NCBI GenBank assembly: GCA_002269645.1
Contig: NIVC01000099.1
Coordinates: 62,001-126,000 of the forward strand
DNA length: 64,000 nt
From: Macrostomum lignano
Taxonomy: Eukaryota
Direction: 5' to 3'
Made by a program: the position numbers and the translations under genes. The first letter of the stretch is position 1; every line of letters begins with the position of its first letter. Of the stretch, positions 34,901 through 47,053 are shown one piece after another. Under the pieces are notes generated by a model, which was not told the DNA's origin, made no database searches, and saw only the letters and a list, made by a program, of their open reading frames with translations.

Positions 34901-37485
34901 CGGGCTGAACTGAACTCGTGCGACCGAGCCAGTGCTGTCTGTTTTAATGTAATTGGTTCTTACACCTGCGACTGCAAGTTTGGCTATAAAAGGATCAATA
35001 CGACGCATTGCACTCCTGCGCCCTATGTATACATGGTCAACGGCACATTCACAGACTTGAACTTCTCGCTGGATATGGGCAATTACTTGAGTGAGGCTTT
35101 TAATAAAACGGCGCCGATGCTGCAGAAGCGAGTGAGTTTATTCGAGAAGTTTCAGTCAATGCTTTCCATTTTTTCTTCAAAACGTTTTGCAGTTTTTTTA
35201 ACCGTTTGGTCTTGCAGTTTGAAGCCGCTCTGCCACCAGACGGAAGCGGCACCGGATCAGGGCCTCCCACCACTCGTGTCTTCTTCCTGTCCAATGGCAG
35301 CGTAGTTGCGGGAATCGTGGCCAGCTACAACTCGCCGACAACTCCGAAGATCATCAGGGAAACATCCTCATCGACGTTGGGATTGTCTGTAACGGTTGCA
35401 AATGTCAACGAGTGCGCAAACGCCACTCTGAACGACTGCAGCACTGAGCACATATGCGTGGATACTGACTCTGGATACAAGTGCAAGTGCAAGCCTGGTG
35501 AGCCAATCTTCTCCAGTGACTTTGCTTCCGAAGCCATTCTAACCCTCAACTCCCAAGTCTTGCCACTCCCTGCCCATCGCTGCTCCCTCCAGACTACACG
35601 CGGACGGGAATCCGCAACGGCTTCCCAAGCACCAAGGAGATCGACGACTGCGTCGATATCGACGAATGCTTGACGCAGTGCAAAATCAGCGATAACAAAA
35701 CGTGCGTGAACATGCCGGGAAACTTCAGCTGCAGCTGCGTGAATGGCACCTACAGTCCGAATCCCAAAACGGGACCGTGCGAAGATCCGTGCGTTCCTGG
35801 TCGCTGCCTGAACGGTGGCGTCTGCCAGTACCAGAAGTCCGACCAGTTCCCCTTCAAGTGCGTCTGCGTGGCCGGATACACCGGGTTCACCTGCGAGCTG
35901 TGGGATGATAACTATATTGGTAAGGAAATCAAGCACTGACACGATAGGTCTTTGCTGCCAATGCTACCAATGAATACCAATGCTAAATTACAATGCATTT
36001 AATGCAGTGCTTGAGCACATAGGATCATAGTGCTTGATAGAAATCATAGGCCAGCATGCTCCGTCATTCAGCTCATGACCGCACCAATGAAAAATTGCAG
36101 CAATGCAACGCAACGCAATAATTTTGGGCGTTGTTCTCGGAGCTCTGCTGTTGATTGCGCTTATTATTGTTGTCTGCTGCATCATACGCAAGTAAGTGCC
36201 ACTGAACAGCCTCTGAATACTTGCTTATCGCTCAGTTTGAAAGATGAATGATAAAATGATGAACTTATTCTACTTTACTGCAAGATTTGCTATGAATCTG
36301 TCAAAATTTATTTTAATAGTATTTCAGAACTTCCAATGATATCTTTCCTCTTTTTATCTTTTTGTTCAAATTTTCTCAACGACAGCTCGTTATCGAATAA
36401 TCCAATTAATTGAAAAATTAAAAAAGCAAGCGATTCAACTGCATTGAATGAGCTCATTTTGAAATTCTCCATAGCAAACAGCAAAAGCAGTTGGAGCAGC
36501 AGCCAGAAGTGAGGCCTGAAAGCCGGGAACTCACACCTGTGCCAGTTCCGGTGCCGGCCCAGGCGCCTGTGACACCCACTTCGTAAGAGTTTGGCATGGC
36601 ATCTGAAATATCCCCAGAGCTGTACTCATCGCTGGTTTCGTAAATGTTTAAACCTCTGGTACTGTGCTTCGCAAAACGCTTGCATTGCATAGTGCAAACT
36701 GTACTACTGATAGTAAACGGTGATGTGCATCGCGGCAAGTTGTTGTTGCTATAATGCATCGTGCGTTTATAAATGCATATAAAAATGGTTTGATCAATCT
36801 TATATAGTATTGCGTTATGCCTCCTATCCTTCTAGCATTCTAGTTTTCACCAACGTAGTAAAATTAGAATACGGTGCATTTTCTGTGTGACTGTCCGTCG
36901 CAAGGTTTAAACCTTCTAGTCCCCGAAGGAACAAAAAGAAATGACTATATGAATTAGCCCGTATTAAATGCAAAAAATTTCAGACGAAGCCAAGATAAAC
37001 CCAATAGTATGGAGTTTTATGACTCAAACTTTAAGTAAGTACAGATGAATCCCATGTCAACTACTCTCAACTGTCACTTTACCAACACTGAACACGGCAA
37101 TTGGTGCAGTAGGTTCTGGTGTACTTCTAGTAAGTCTCTCTCGCACATGTCATTGCGCACAACTTTGCCTAAAATGTAATTATTTAGGCAGCACGAGCAA
37201 AATATTATTTACCTATACGCATACCTGTACGTACGTATAGTCTTTGGCTTCGAAGGACCCTCAGAGCAGTGTCTCACTCTCTTACTTGAGCACTATTCCC
37301 CATGCCTGATCTGAAGGACTATGAATTGATACAAATATGCATGAATAGCGATAACCATAATTTTAAATTGCAGCCGACACAGCAGCGGCAACTACAGAGG
37401 AACGCAGACTGTGCCAATGGCCGAGACCTCCATACCGAGGGTTCAGGAGTCGGCTAAGCATCCGGTGAGAACTGATAAGCCGTAA
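28984..37485 (+). CDS. MUC4/SUSD2-like type I membrane glycoprotein (SP-EGF-NIDO-AMOP-VWD-EGFs/cbEGFs-SEA-cbEGF-EGF-TM-tail)
   Basis: Signal peptide + EGF at 28984-29146; NIDO-like exons ~29470-30392 (FIAPFATSFD; ITMQLIIFTD); AMOP 30472-30919 (CPQTQQQARSDPRY..TCVYHNDSG..YCCNRAPALCSLYY); VWD from 31093 (GAGLFRTFDNYQYKF..GLLGNYD); several DINEC-type cbEGFs at 33.1-35.9 kb; SEA with GSVV at 35296; TM NAIILGVVLGALLLIALIIVVCCII in exon 36101-36191; tail exons ~36476-36582 and ~37374-37485 (TAA). Confidence 0.85.
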
Positions 37486-38356
37486 AGACCGGTAACCCTT
37501 CTGTTAAGCTGTTTAGCCAGGGTCTCTGTTGGCACTGCACTAGCTAGATGTACTTTTAGCAAGCGATTACTAAGTAGTAGTCCGGTCTCAGAAAGTGCAT
37601 GTTTTAAAGACAAGACAAGATTTCTGGTTACTTCACAGATTTTCGTTAATTGCTTCAAGCGGTTGGGAGTTAGGATCTTTCTGGTTCTGAATGCTTTGAG
37701 TCTTTGAGGTGCCGGCTCCGTCCTCATGCTGACTCTGGAGACCTTGATGTAGCCGCAAAAATATATAGATAGCAAGCCGACTACAAGCGGCATCGAGAAA
37801 CTGACGACTACAGTAAGTCAACGACTAACCAAGGCGAGCTGTAAACACTTGCAGAGCGCCTACCAGAACGAGGGCTTCGAAAGGGACAATGCAAGGCAGC
37901 GGAACGCCTACTTCTGAGCCGAACTTTGAGCGCTCTGCATGGAGCTTAAGCCTGACATTATTGCATATGCGACAACTCAACTGCCCGATATAGAAGTGAT
38001 CGATTCTCTCATTCCCTGCCAATTTTGAATCAGAGCTTTGCGATGTCTGGAATCATATTGATCAAATTTTGTGTGCACCTTCCGTTTCAAGCCTTTCTAA
38101 AAATACTTTAAAGGAAGTCTGTCTGTGCAAATCAGCAGAATTTGATGGCAGTGTGAACGAGCCTTAATAGCTTAATTTGCAGGTGACCTTATGGACCTTA
38201 GTAACTGATGAAGGAAATTATGCTAATACTATTCCCGATGTGTTTTTATATTTTCATCTTTAAAATGCGCGATACTCGTACTATGAAATAACTGAAATTG
38301 GTTGCATCCAATATTAAAACTTTGCTCTCTGACCTAATTATGTAGCAAGAAATTTC

Positions 38357-38830
38357 CTATTTCGTAATTGTCATAAAGCCAGCACAGCTGCTGCCATCAA
38401 ACAGTTTGACTGTAAAGAATGTGGTGCTTCCAGCGCGAAATGCGTTTGAGTACCGCTTCTCGGACAGCTGAAACAGAAGGACGCCACGCGCGCGAATCGT
38501 GACGCCGGTTTTGGCTGCAAAATGGAAAGTTTTTAGTTTTCTAGCACTGAATTTCCACAACTTCACCCTCTGAGCTTCCTAGTTTTGTTCCAGTGGCGCT
38601 CGAGCGCTTGTGAAGCCATTTTACCATTTTGCAGTTCAGTTATGGCTGGAGTTGGATCTACAAGTGGCAGCCACTTGTTGACCGCTGATTTTGAGGTGGA
38701 AATTTCAACATGTTGCCGAGTATGTACTGTGATCGACAAACTTTCTGGAGAAATTTCAGTTGTTGCGTCAAGTCTCGCCAATGCATCTTGCGGCGAAAAC
38801 CTGCGGCCTCCAGCGAAATTTTCTTCATTT
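38357..38830 (-). CDS. Hypothetical protein exons, weakly C2-domain-like
   Basis: A phase-1 join (CAAAATG/GTAAAA ... TTTTGCAG/CC) gives ..SLSITVHTRQHVEISTSKSAVNKWLPLVDPTPAITELQNAKTGVTIRARGVLLFQL.., a beta-strand pattern like C2 domains. The start was not found. Confidence 0.35.
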
Positions 38831-39823
38831 GCGAGAGTAGCGTCCTTCTTCCTATTTAGTTGTCCGTGCTACCGCTTACTGCTGCGCAGATTTGTGCTCT
38901 TGTAGTTCCCAAGTTTGAAAAAAATCTCTCAACTTAAACGGTGATGGTTTTTAGAAATATAAATACATTGAGCACGTCCTGCTGCTCATAAGTTACGCTT
39001 TTTGATACTGATTTTGGCTTGACAATGGGTTTAAGCTACACGCCCCAATGGTGACCAGTCATTTCGCCCCTAAACCATTTCGGCCCAAGGACCTTCCTTC
39101 CAAGAATTGATGGAAGCAAAAAGTAGTAGACATGCGCGTATAATACCTCAGTAGAATTTTGCACATGTGAAATGTACTGACTGTGTCACTGTTTGTACAA
39201 GCGTCCTTGGTTCGATTCTGTTCGCGGCTACGTTAATTTGGGGCCTGTGCACGAAAAATTGACAAAAAAGCTTGTCGCGCGATCCACACCCGCGAGGGCA
39301 AATCTCCGTTACAAAGTCAGAATTCGAAAGTCAGTGCGCTGTACACCCTGAGTGAGCGTTTGTATGAGTGCATGCCTGCGTACAGCATCCGCGCGCCTCA
39401 CCGCTAGTTGTGGAGCAATTTCGCGAAGGCGTTGCGCCAGGGTGCTAAAAACCTCGCGAAAATATTTGTTTACTTTTGTAGCATACATTATGGAAAGTTA
39501 TTGGAATTAGCAGAATAGAATCGATAAAAGGTTCCTACGAATACCTAAATATGTTGAGATTCTTAATGCTCACGAAAGCTACCACAACACCAAAACATAT
39601 TGAGGTTTCCTCGTGGGAGACTGAGGCATCAAGCCTGACTGAAGCTTTTTGCTTTACCAAAGTGATATTGCAAATATAGAATATCGTTTTAAAACGACTG
39701 CTGTCACAAAAAATGAAAATGTCAATCAAGTTCTCGTGCAGCTCAGTGATGCGTTTACAGCTCAAAGCATGCTAACAAGAGTTTTATTTTTCCTTGCCGT
39801 TATAACTGAAGCAGGTGCGGGCC

Positions 39824-42800
39824 TCATGGCTCCGGCAGCATCTGCTGTCGCGTCCGCATGATGTACTCGGACTCCACTTGACAAACAATTGGCTCCTCTG
39901 AGTTGAGTGGCTTCTCAACGACACCTGAGATCGGTGGCAGCGAGCCGCTGCCTCTGGCGTGGTTTAGGCAGAACTCAATCAGCGCGGTGAGCATTGCAAG
40001 CGCCAGGCCAACTAGGAGGATGCAGAACACGCCAAGAATATTGCCTAGCGCCAGAGGCTGCAGCTTTGTACTTGTATCCTCTGGACACTCGCCTTTCTCT
40101 ATCCACCACTCTTTGTACTTGCGGTCGAGGTCCTGGCTCTCCCGCAGCTGCAGCACGGCCTCGTTGATTCTCTCCCGCAGGTGGGGCCGCTCCGGACTGA
40201 TGGCGATGCCGTAGCCCTTCAGACTGAACTCCTGCCCGACCATCATGGTAACGCAGGGCTTCCGATTGTTTTTGTAGATGTTGACCTTCGACTCCAGGAT
40301 GAAAGCGTAGCTGCCGTCGGATTTCATCACCCGCTCTACGCCCTCCTCAATGGTGTCGGTGTATACTGATTTGTCCGCTTCCATAATTCTGTACATCTTC
40401 TTGAAGGTGGTCTCGTCTGACGTCCGAAAGAATTCTTTAGTAGACCCTACGGTTGAAAAGTTCGAGTAATTAGCAAAAAATATCGATATGGCTTTATTCG
40501 AAGACTTACCCGCATTTAAGGTTCCGAATTTCACTCGATTGCCATCGGCTGCCAAATCTTTTACATCGTTAATGGGCGCAATGAGTCGCTCGATGGTCAG
40601 ACAGGCGGTCAAGTTGGCGGTGTAGTACGCCATGATGATAAGGGAGAACGCCCACCAGAACGAGCCCATCATTCGCGTTGATGCCGACCTCGGCGAGATG
40701 TCGATGCCCTGTCGAACGAAGGCAGCAAAGCTGAACCACATGCTGTTCATCAGGCTGAAGTTGTGGCGCACGCGGCGCATTCGCTGCTGCTCGTCCCCGT
40801 TCACAAGCGTGTCGTCGTAGCGCCACTCCAGCGGGCTCATCCGGGCCAGGCAGGTCATGACGGCGGCTAGCAGAATGGTGGCAGCCAGAATGGCCATCCA
40901 GAGATTGTCCTCCAGCGGTTGAGTGAAGCTGAACATTCCCGGCTTGGTCTTCTGGGGCTTCTTAATGATGACAGAGAGGCCGAAGTTCATGAACGGTTCG
41001 GAGAACAGCACGAACTCGCTGCGGTCAGATGTGATTGTCAACGATGCGATGGCAACGTCGGCCTCACCTCGCACTACTTCGCCTAAAAAGATTTGTTGCG
41101 TAAATGCGTTAATGATATACAAGCAGCAGGTAATTGGGAAAGAGAAAGACTACAACTACTTAGTTTGATGTAAATAGGAGACAATACATTACCTTTTCAG
41201 ACAGATTTTTAATGTTTTTTTCGTAAAAATCCTAAAATTTACCCTGATTTACAAAGTTGGTATGGTGCAAGTTAATTTGGAAAGTCTGGAAAGAACGTCG
41301 ACCACTTACCCATCATTCCGTTCCACTCGGGCTGTTTTGTCTCGTTTTCAATAATTTTCGCTCCAAACTTCTTATCCTTGACTAGATGCAGCTCCCAGTC
41401 AACACCCAGTTTATCGAATACCATGTGCGCCAAGTCGATGCAGAAGCCTTGAAAGTTTGCCTTTCCACTTGTGGCATTGCTTCCCGTGATCTTGTGCATG
41501 ACGAATGGCTCCCCGATTATGGTAACCACCTTCACGACAGTGTCGTTTGGGAACTTGTTGGTCTTGTGCTGTCCAAACCTACCGACATACTTGCTGGCGG
41601 TGATGTTGAAGCGGCCCTTATACCAGTAGCCTATCGGCTGCGAGCCCACTGGTCCCATGAGATCCATGATGCGAATGCTCATGTTGGTTCTCATGCCTGT
41701 TTTGTCGAAAGCGACGTGTCCATATTCGACAAAATGAGGGCCTCGATCACTGACAAAATTCTGCAAGCGCTGACCAGCTCGAAATGTACCCAGAGGAAGT
41801 GGGTGTGAATTTTTTTTACTATCGCGAAAGAGACAGGGCAGTCGAAGAGAGTTTGGTATCACTAGACGCCAAAGGTTATCCAGCGCGCTAGCGATCAGTT
41901 TCACAGCATTATGCATTGCAAATATCTCATAGTTAGGCGGGTTCTTCTCTGGAGCGCCGTGATCTATTGTGAAGATGTGCTTCGTTGTGAAAGAGTTCGC
42001 ATCGTGAGAGCCATAATTCAGAAACTCGAAGCCGGTGATATTGCTCCCGCTGTGAATAAATCGAGATAGCGTCATTTCCCGCATGCCAAACGAATAGAGG
42101 ACGTAGTGATACTCAGCCCTGTTCATGCCGAACTCCAACAAGTCTTCCAAGATAAGCTTGGCGCTAACCGCACTGCCAACATCAATAACAATGTGCCGTC
42201 TTGGAAACTGGACCAGTTGAAGGTCGAGATAGCGCAGAGTGTTGTGGTTAGAAGGCTCAGTCGATGGGGAAACGTGTCGAAGGTCTACTTGAACGTCAGC
42301 AACTCCCAGAACCCGGTGAAGCTCGCTAGCCAGTCGAATGCCTCTCTGAAATCCTGCATGAGTAGCATACAGGTAGGAGAATCTCGTCCAGTTAAGAAAA
42401 GCGACTGTGCGCATGAAAGCGGGAAACAAGTCCGGTAGGAAGTTAAAGTGAAAGTTGACTCCGGCATCGACCGGCGACGGTCTCTCGTAGTTCCACGTAA
42501 AGTACAGCACTCGATGTACGCGGGCAAAGTTGCCAATAATCGAGTCATATTCGGGCATCACACTGGATGTCAGAGCGACCGTGCCGCCCGCCATGGAGGC
42601 GTTGCATAGCAGCTCTGAGAGCTTCTGACTGGAGCCTGGCGGTAGAAAGTGCGTGGCCAGAGTCAGCTTCCAGCTGCGACGCGATGCAGTGATAATTTTG
42701 ACCAGCCGTTCCAACACAAGCTCGGTGCCTCGGGGGCTCGAACTGTCGTAGAAGTGGTGCATTTGGTAGACGGCCGGAACTGCAGAGGAGCCAAGCGAAA

Positions 42801-42861
42801 GAACCATTGTTAATAACAAGGTACGTATGAATAACGAGGTTTTCGGGGATAAGAAATTCAT
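39824..42861 (-). CDS. GRIA: Ionotropic glutamate receptor, AMPA-type, 3 exons
   Basis: Exons 42861-41310, 41082-40510, 40446-39824 (both junctions phase 1). Signal peptide and ATD; S1 GFCIDLA..VKDKKFG..WNGMMGE..ADVAIASLTITSDRSEFVLFSEPFMNFGLSVIIKKP; M2 SMWFSFAAFVRQGIDISPRS; M3 YYTANLTACLTIER; S2 GSTKEFF..YAFILES..KPC..KGYGIA; M4 LGNILGVFCILLVGLALAMLTALIEFC. Confidence 0.95.
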
Positions 42862-43569
42862 GATTTAGACTTTAAAAAGATTTTTGCGATGCTATCAAAT
42901 ACTGGATTGAAGACACTTCAAGACCCAATGCCATTACTGTGCATCTATGTATTAAAGACGCATCGAATAGGAATTGAATGCTTGCTTTCCCTGCAAGCAT
43001 TGACCAGTCAGAAGGAAATGACCAATATTTAAAAGAAAAACCCTCTTAGTCGCATCATCGAGCTAGCACATAATTTCAAACATGGTAGATGCGAGAGTCC
43101 CTCAAGGGACACCCGCACTCCAACGCACCGAGCAGTGTGGCGCGGCCCAGCGGCTTTATCACTCTGTTTTACAAGACGTTCACTCTGCTCTCAGCCCAGC
43201 TGGCGCTGAAGAGCAATGCTTCTTAATAAATAATGCCTCCAACATAGGCTCAGTTTTCCGGGTTTTTCTCCTCTTACCCTCCTTTACGCTTCGATCCGCG
43301 GGCAAATTCAGCCCAGTTAGAAAGTCAACCGTCCCGTAGGAGCGCTGATGTGCATTTAATTCTGCAGCTGCTCACGGTCTAATTCTCTGGTGAGCACTAT
43401 ACGATGCTCCTGACAGAAGATGGGATAGAATTTCTAATCATTCGCTGACACTCTTCGATTTTGTTCGGGTCGACTCCGAATTGTCCTGTTTGCTTTCTAT
43501 TTCGTTGAAAATTCTTGCGAATCATTTTCCCAATGCAATTAAAATTTAGAAACAGTGAAAGAAAAAGAG

Positions 43570-44330
43570 AAACCCAGGATCTCAGGACACGCCGGCTTCA
43601 GAGGTAATGAGCTCGCTGACTCCCTCGCCAAGGTGAGTGGATTCTCGGCCCCGTGGCCCCTTAGTTCGCCATTATTGACAGACGGATACCCTGCCCCTAC
43701 GCAGATGGAACGACATTCTCAACTGTCGCCAATCCCGGGCGGCAGTGCCAAACCCGTTCCCTAAGCTATGGAAAATTCTTCTAAACCAGAATAGAAGAGA
43801 CATCATAGCGTTCTCACTGTGACCGTCACAGGTCACGGTTGTTTTCGCAGACACTGCTTCCTCCGGGGTGACAGCCGGAGTGAACTCTGCCCCCAGCGAC
43901 TATTCAAAACTCGGGACGGGAAACGACAAAACTTGGAGGCCTATTAATTGGATAGGTTTTTACCACAGACACCAACTCACTATCGAAGTAATGCTTGTCG
44001 AGGACTAAAATCGGCCTCCAAGTTCTGTCGTTTCCCGTCCCGAGTAGTTTCTGCTCTGCCCCTCCTTCAACCTTGAAAACGAAGATCCCAAGAACTTCCT
44101 ATGCCACTGACCGGCCTTCCAATAAGACCGACTACACTACCTCGGGCCCAACCCGTCCCTGGATGACGCCTGCCGGCCCGAGAACATCCCACGACTCATC
44201 CGGTTCCTCCGGGTCACCAGACGAGCCTCTGTCCTCCCCACCGAGGACTTCGCTGCAGGCAGGTTCGGCAGACCTCCCTGACTGGCCCAGCGCCCTAGCC
44301 TATGCGGGTTTCTCAGGGATTAGCGGAATG
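43570..44330 (+). mobile_element. Degenerate 3' fragment of a non-LTR retrotransposon with RNase H (I/Loa/R1-like group)
   Basis: GHAGFRGNELADSLAK (RNase H C-terminal motif); LTVTVTGHGCFRRHCF..LCP; KNFLCH*PAFQ*DRLHYLG..LIRFLR (C-terminal CCHC-region remnant). Contains stops and an interrupting segment. Confidence 0.7.
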
Positions 44331-44952
44331 AGCGACGCTCGCCTCCCCGCTGCGTCTTTGGGCCACCCGGTTAGTCAGGTAAGTCAAGCAGTCTTGAATT
44401 TCTACATTAAGAATGCTCTTTTCGGTCGAGGGAAACCAGGAACTCAATCCTCCAGTATATATTAAGTACATATATATTTTATTAAAAAGATAAAAATTTA
44501 GTTGTTTACCAAGCTGACGTAAATTTAGACTGTCTGTGCTTCATGTCGTAAATATCATTTCATGCTAACAATTTGTCCGAAAAATGAAAAGGTGATGCTA
44601 ACTCGTACTTCATTTGTTTAAAATTGCTATTTAGATCAGTATTCAGATAGTAGGCTAGCGGTAAAATGCTTGTACAACCAAAGACAATATATTATCAGTC
44701 AAGTACAAACAGTGGCTTTGAAAATAACTTGCATTGTAGAATTCATGTAGAAGTAGACAATTGCTTTTTTTAATAAAAATGATCGATAGGCACTCAGTGG
44801 TTATGTGACAGCAAGTTCGTACGACAGAGACAGCAAGAATCCACGTCCATAGACGAAGTTGCTTTTTCAAAACTGTCTTCTTCTTAAGAAACTCAATCAT
44901 ACGCACGAGTATTCTGATATCTTACACACGTCTACGTAAGTTCGTTTGAAAA

Positions 44953-46511
44953 ATGCTAAATCGAACGTATTGCGTGATTTCAGTAGCGGCGTTAATCTGC
45001 CTCGTTCCTCTCGCGTGCTGTCAAAAAAGGACTCCAGACTGTCTCAATGCGTTCTACGACTGCAGCGAGTCTGAAAAAAGCAACTGCTCTATCTCCAACT
45101 TTCACTCACTGCTGTCATTGACTGCTCAGAGCCTGATGGTCGATCGCATCAGCATGCGCCTGCACGCCGACGCATTGAAGAAGGACTGGAAAGACAGATC
45201 GGGCTACTGCTACATCGAGGCCATCGTCAGCTCCGACGGGCGCGTCCTGTTTCTCAGGTTCAAAATCAATTAAGATATTGTTTATTTTTTAAAGGACTGT
45301 CAGTCGTCATCCATTGCCATCCATCAATTTAAGTCAATGATTTACTCAAATTTTAACTCTTAGATTCAGCAACTCACGATCGCTTCTGACGGGTTTTGTG
45401 AGTGAATTTTATGAATAATTTGTTATCAATCGTGTTTTGGTATTCAGAATTTTTTTACTCGTTTTGTTAGTCAGAAAAAGTCCGCTTCATACTTCTGCAA
45501 AGTTGTGGTAATGACTCGTAGATAATGATTTTGTCATCATGGTTGAACCTTTAGGTCGACAGCGCATCATGGAAAAAACTTCAAAACCTTATCCAAGTTT
45601 ATGAGAGCAGGCCGAATGGCATGCAGCTGCTTGTGGATCTAAACGCTAAGCAGCATTGCTCCAATTCGAACTTTTTATCTCCCTCTGTAATTCGGGACAC
45701 AACATATGTATTCGCCCGGCTCATGAACCGATCCGAGGTCAACGAACTGCCAACTACAAGCTCCTACATCAATATGGACTTCTCTGCGTCTGCCGAGGAG
45801 ATCAAGCAGGTGCAGAAAAGCAATTCTGTGAATCTGCACGGCAGTAAGTCGCTGGACGTGGCAACAATTTTGCTGAATAAACGCTGGCACCCGCTGACCC
45901 TGTGGGTGTACCGCTGCCCTGCCCGTCTGGGCTTCGGCGATGTCCAGTGCAACAGCAAAAGTGAGCGCAGTACAGCAACTGTCTTTTTCATTTGTAACAG
46001 ACAAATTTCAAGTTTTCAGTGAGTCGAATCGCAGACAAACCTTATAACCAATGAGTTGACAACACCCGCTTGAATTTCAGTGCACGCCTATTTGTTCCTG
46101 CGGTCCTGGATCAACAACAGCAGGGCGCAAATCCAGAAGGAGGATTTTAAAAACTACGCTGGTTGGAGATACAAGTGTGAGTTTCTGGCAATCATGCTGG
46201 GCTTTCCCATTTTCATTATTCGACGCTTAGTTTCTGCTTTTCCTGCGATTATTTTTTTTCCATCTTCAGCCTGAGCAGGTCTTTGAGATAAAATATGAAA
46301 GAGGAAAAATATTGTCTCTTAATTTTTGGCCTCTCGGCTCTTTACATGCAAGTTCTGAAAAGATCTAAAGCGCCAGCTGTGCGATCACGTTTCAGTCCTT
46401 AAGGAAGACGTCTATCTAATCACTCTGATGGTTATAGTTCCTCTGTACATCGCCATCCATCTGCACTGCATTATGTGGTTTGGCCTGTCACCTGTTTCGA
46501 GCGGCTTGTAA
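44953..46511 (+). CDS. Orphan type I membrane protein, 5 exons
   Basis: Phase-consistent exons 44953-45257, 45364-45397, 45555-45960, 46081-46176, 46363-46511. Signal peptide MLNRTYCVISVAALICLVPLACC; C-terminal TM VYLITLMVIVPLYIAIHLHCIMWFGL. I recognise no family. Confidence 0.7.
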
Positions 46512-47053
46512 AAGATCCTTCAAGATGAGATATGACAGCTGACCTGACAGCTTAGTTTAACGTTTCCGTTTACAAGTTTTGCCTGAAATTGCAAAATAAA
46601 CGTTGAAAGTTCTACAAACTCTTGATTCTAAAATATATCAAACTGTTGGCTTCACGAGCGTAATCTTTGTTGATGCGGGAACGCTCTTTCGCTCTTTTCC
46701 TTGCATAATTTCACGTGGGTAACTTCATCCCCCAACTCGTGCCTCGACAGTTCGACAAATTTTAACAAACGAAGTGCCGTTGATATAGACCCCAGTGCGA
46801 GCTCGAGTGACGTTTTACGGTGCCCAACTAAGGCTTTAGTGTCCGATCGGTGTGTGCTCACTGTTTGTAAACACCTACCCTAACACGGCGCCTTTGCCCT
46901 GCGCCCTGTCCCCTCCGTGGCCGGGGTTTTAACTCCTCTGTCTGTGACTACATGCCCTGACCAGCCTAGTCTGTAATGGCTGAGGCTGATGCTGCTAATT
47001 TACAAACTGGCTGCACAGCTTTGAGAATTTGCGACCGTCCAAACCAACAACTG

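Noticed and set aside
40601-40627. Natural Lurcher mutation in the glutamate receptor
   Set aside because: The Thr is at motif position 7; the Lurcher site is position 8, which is still Ala.
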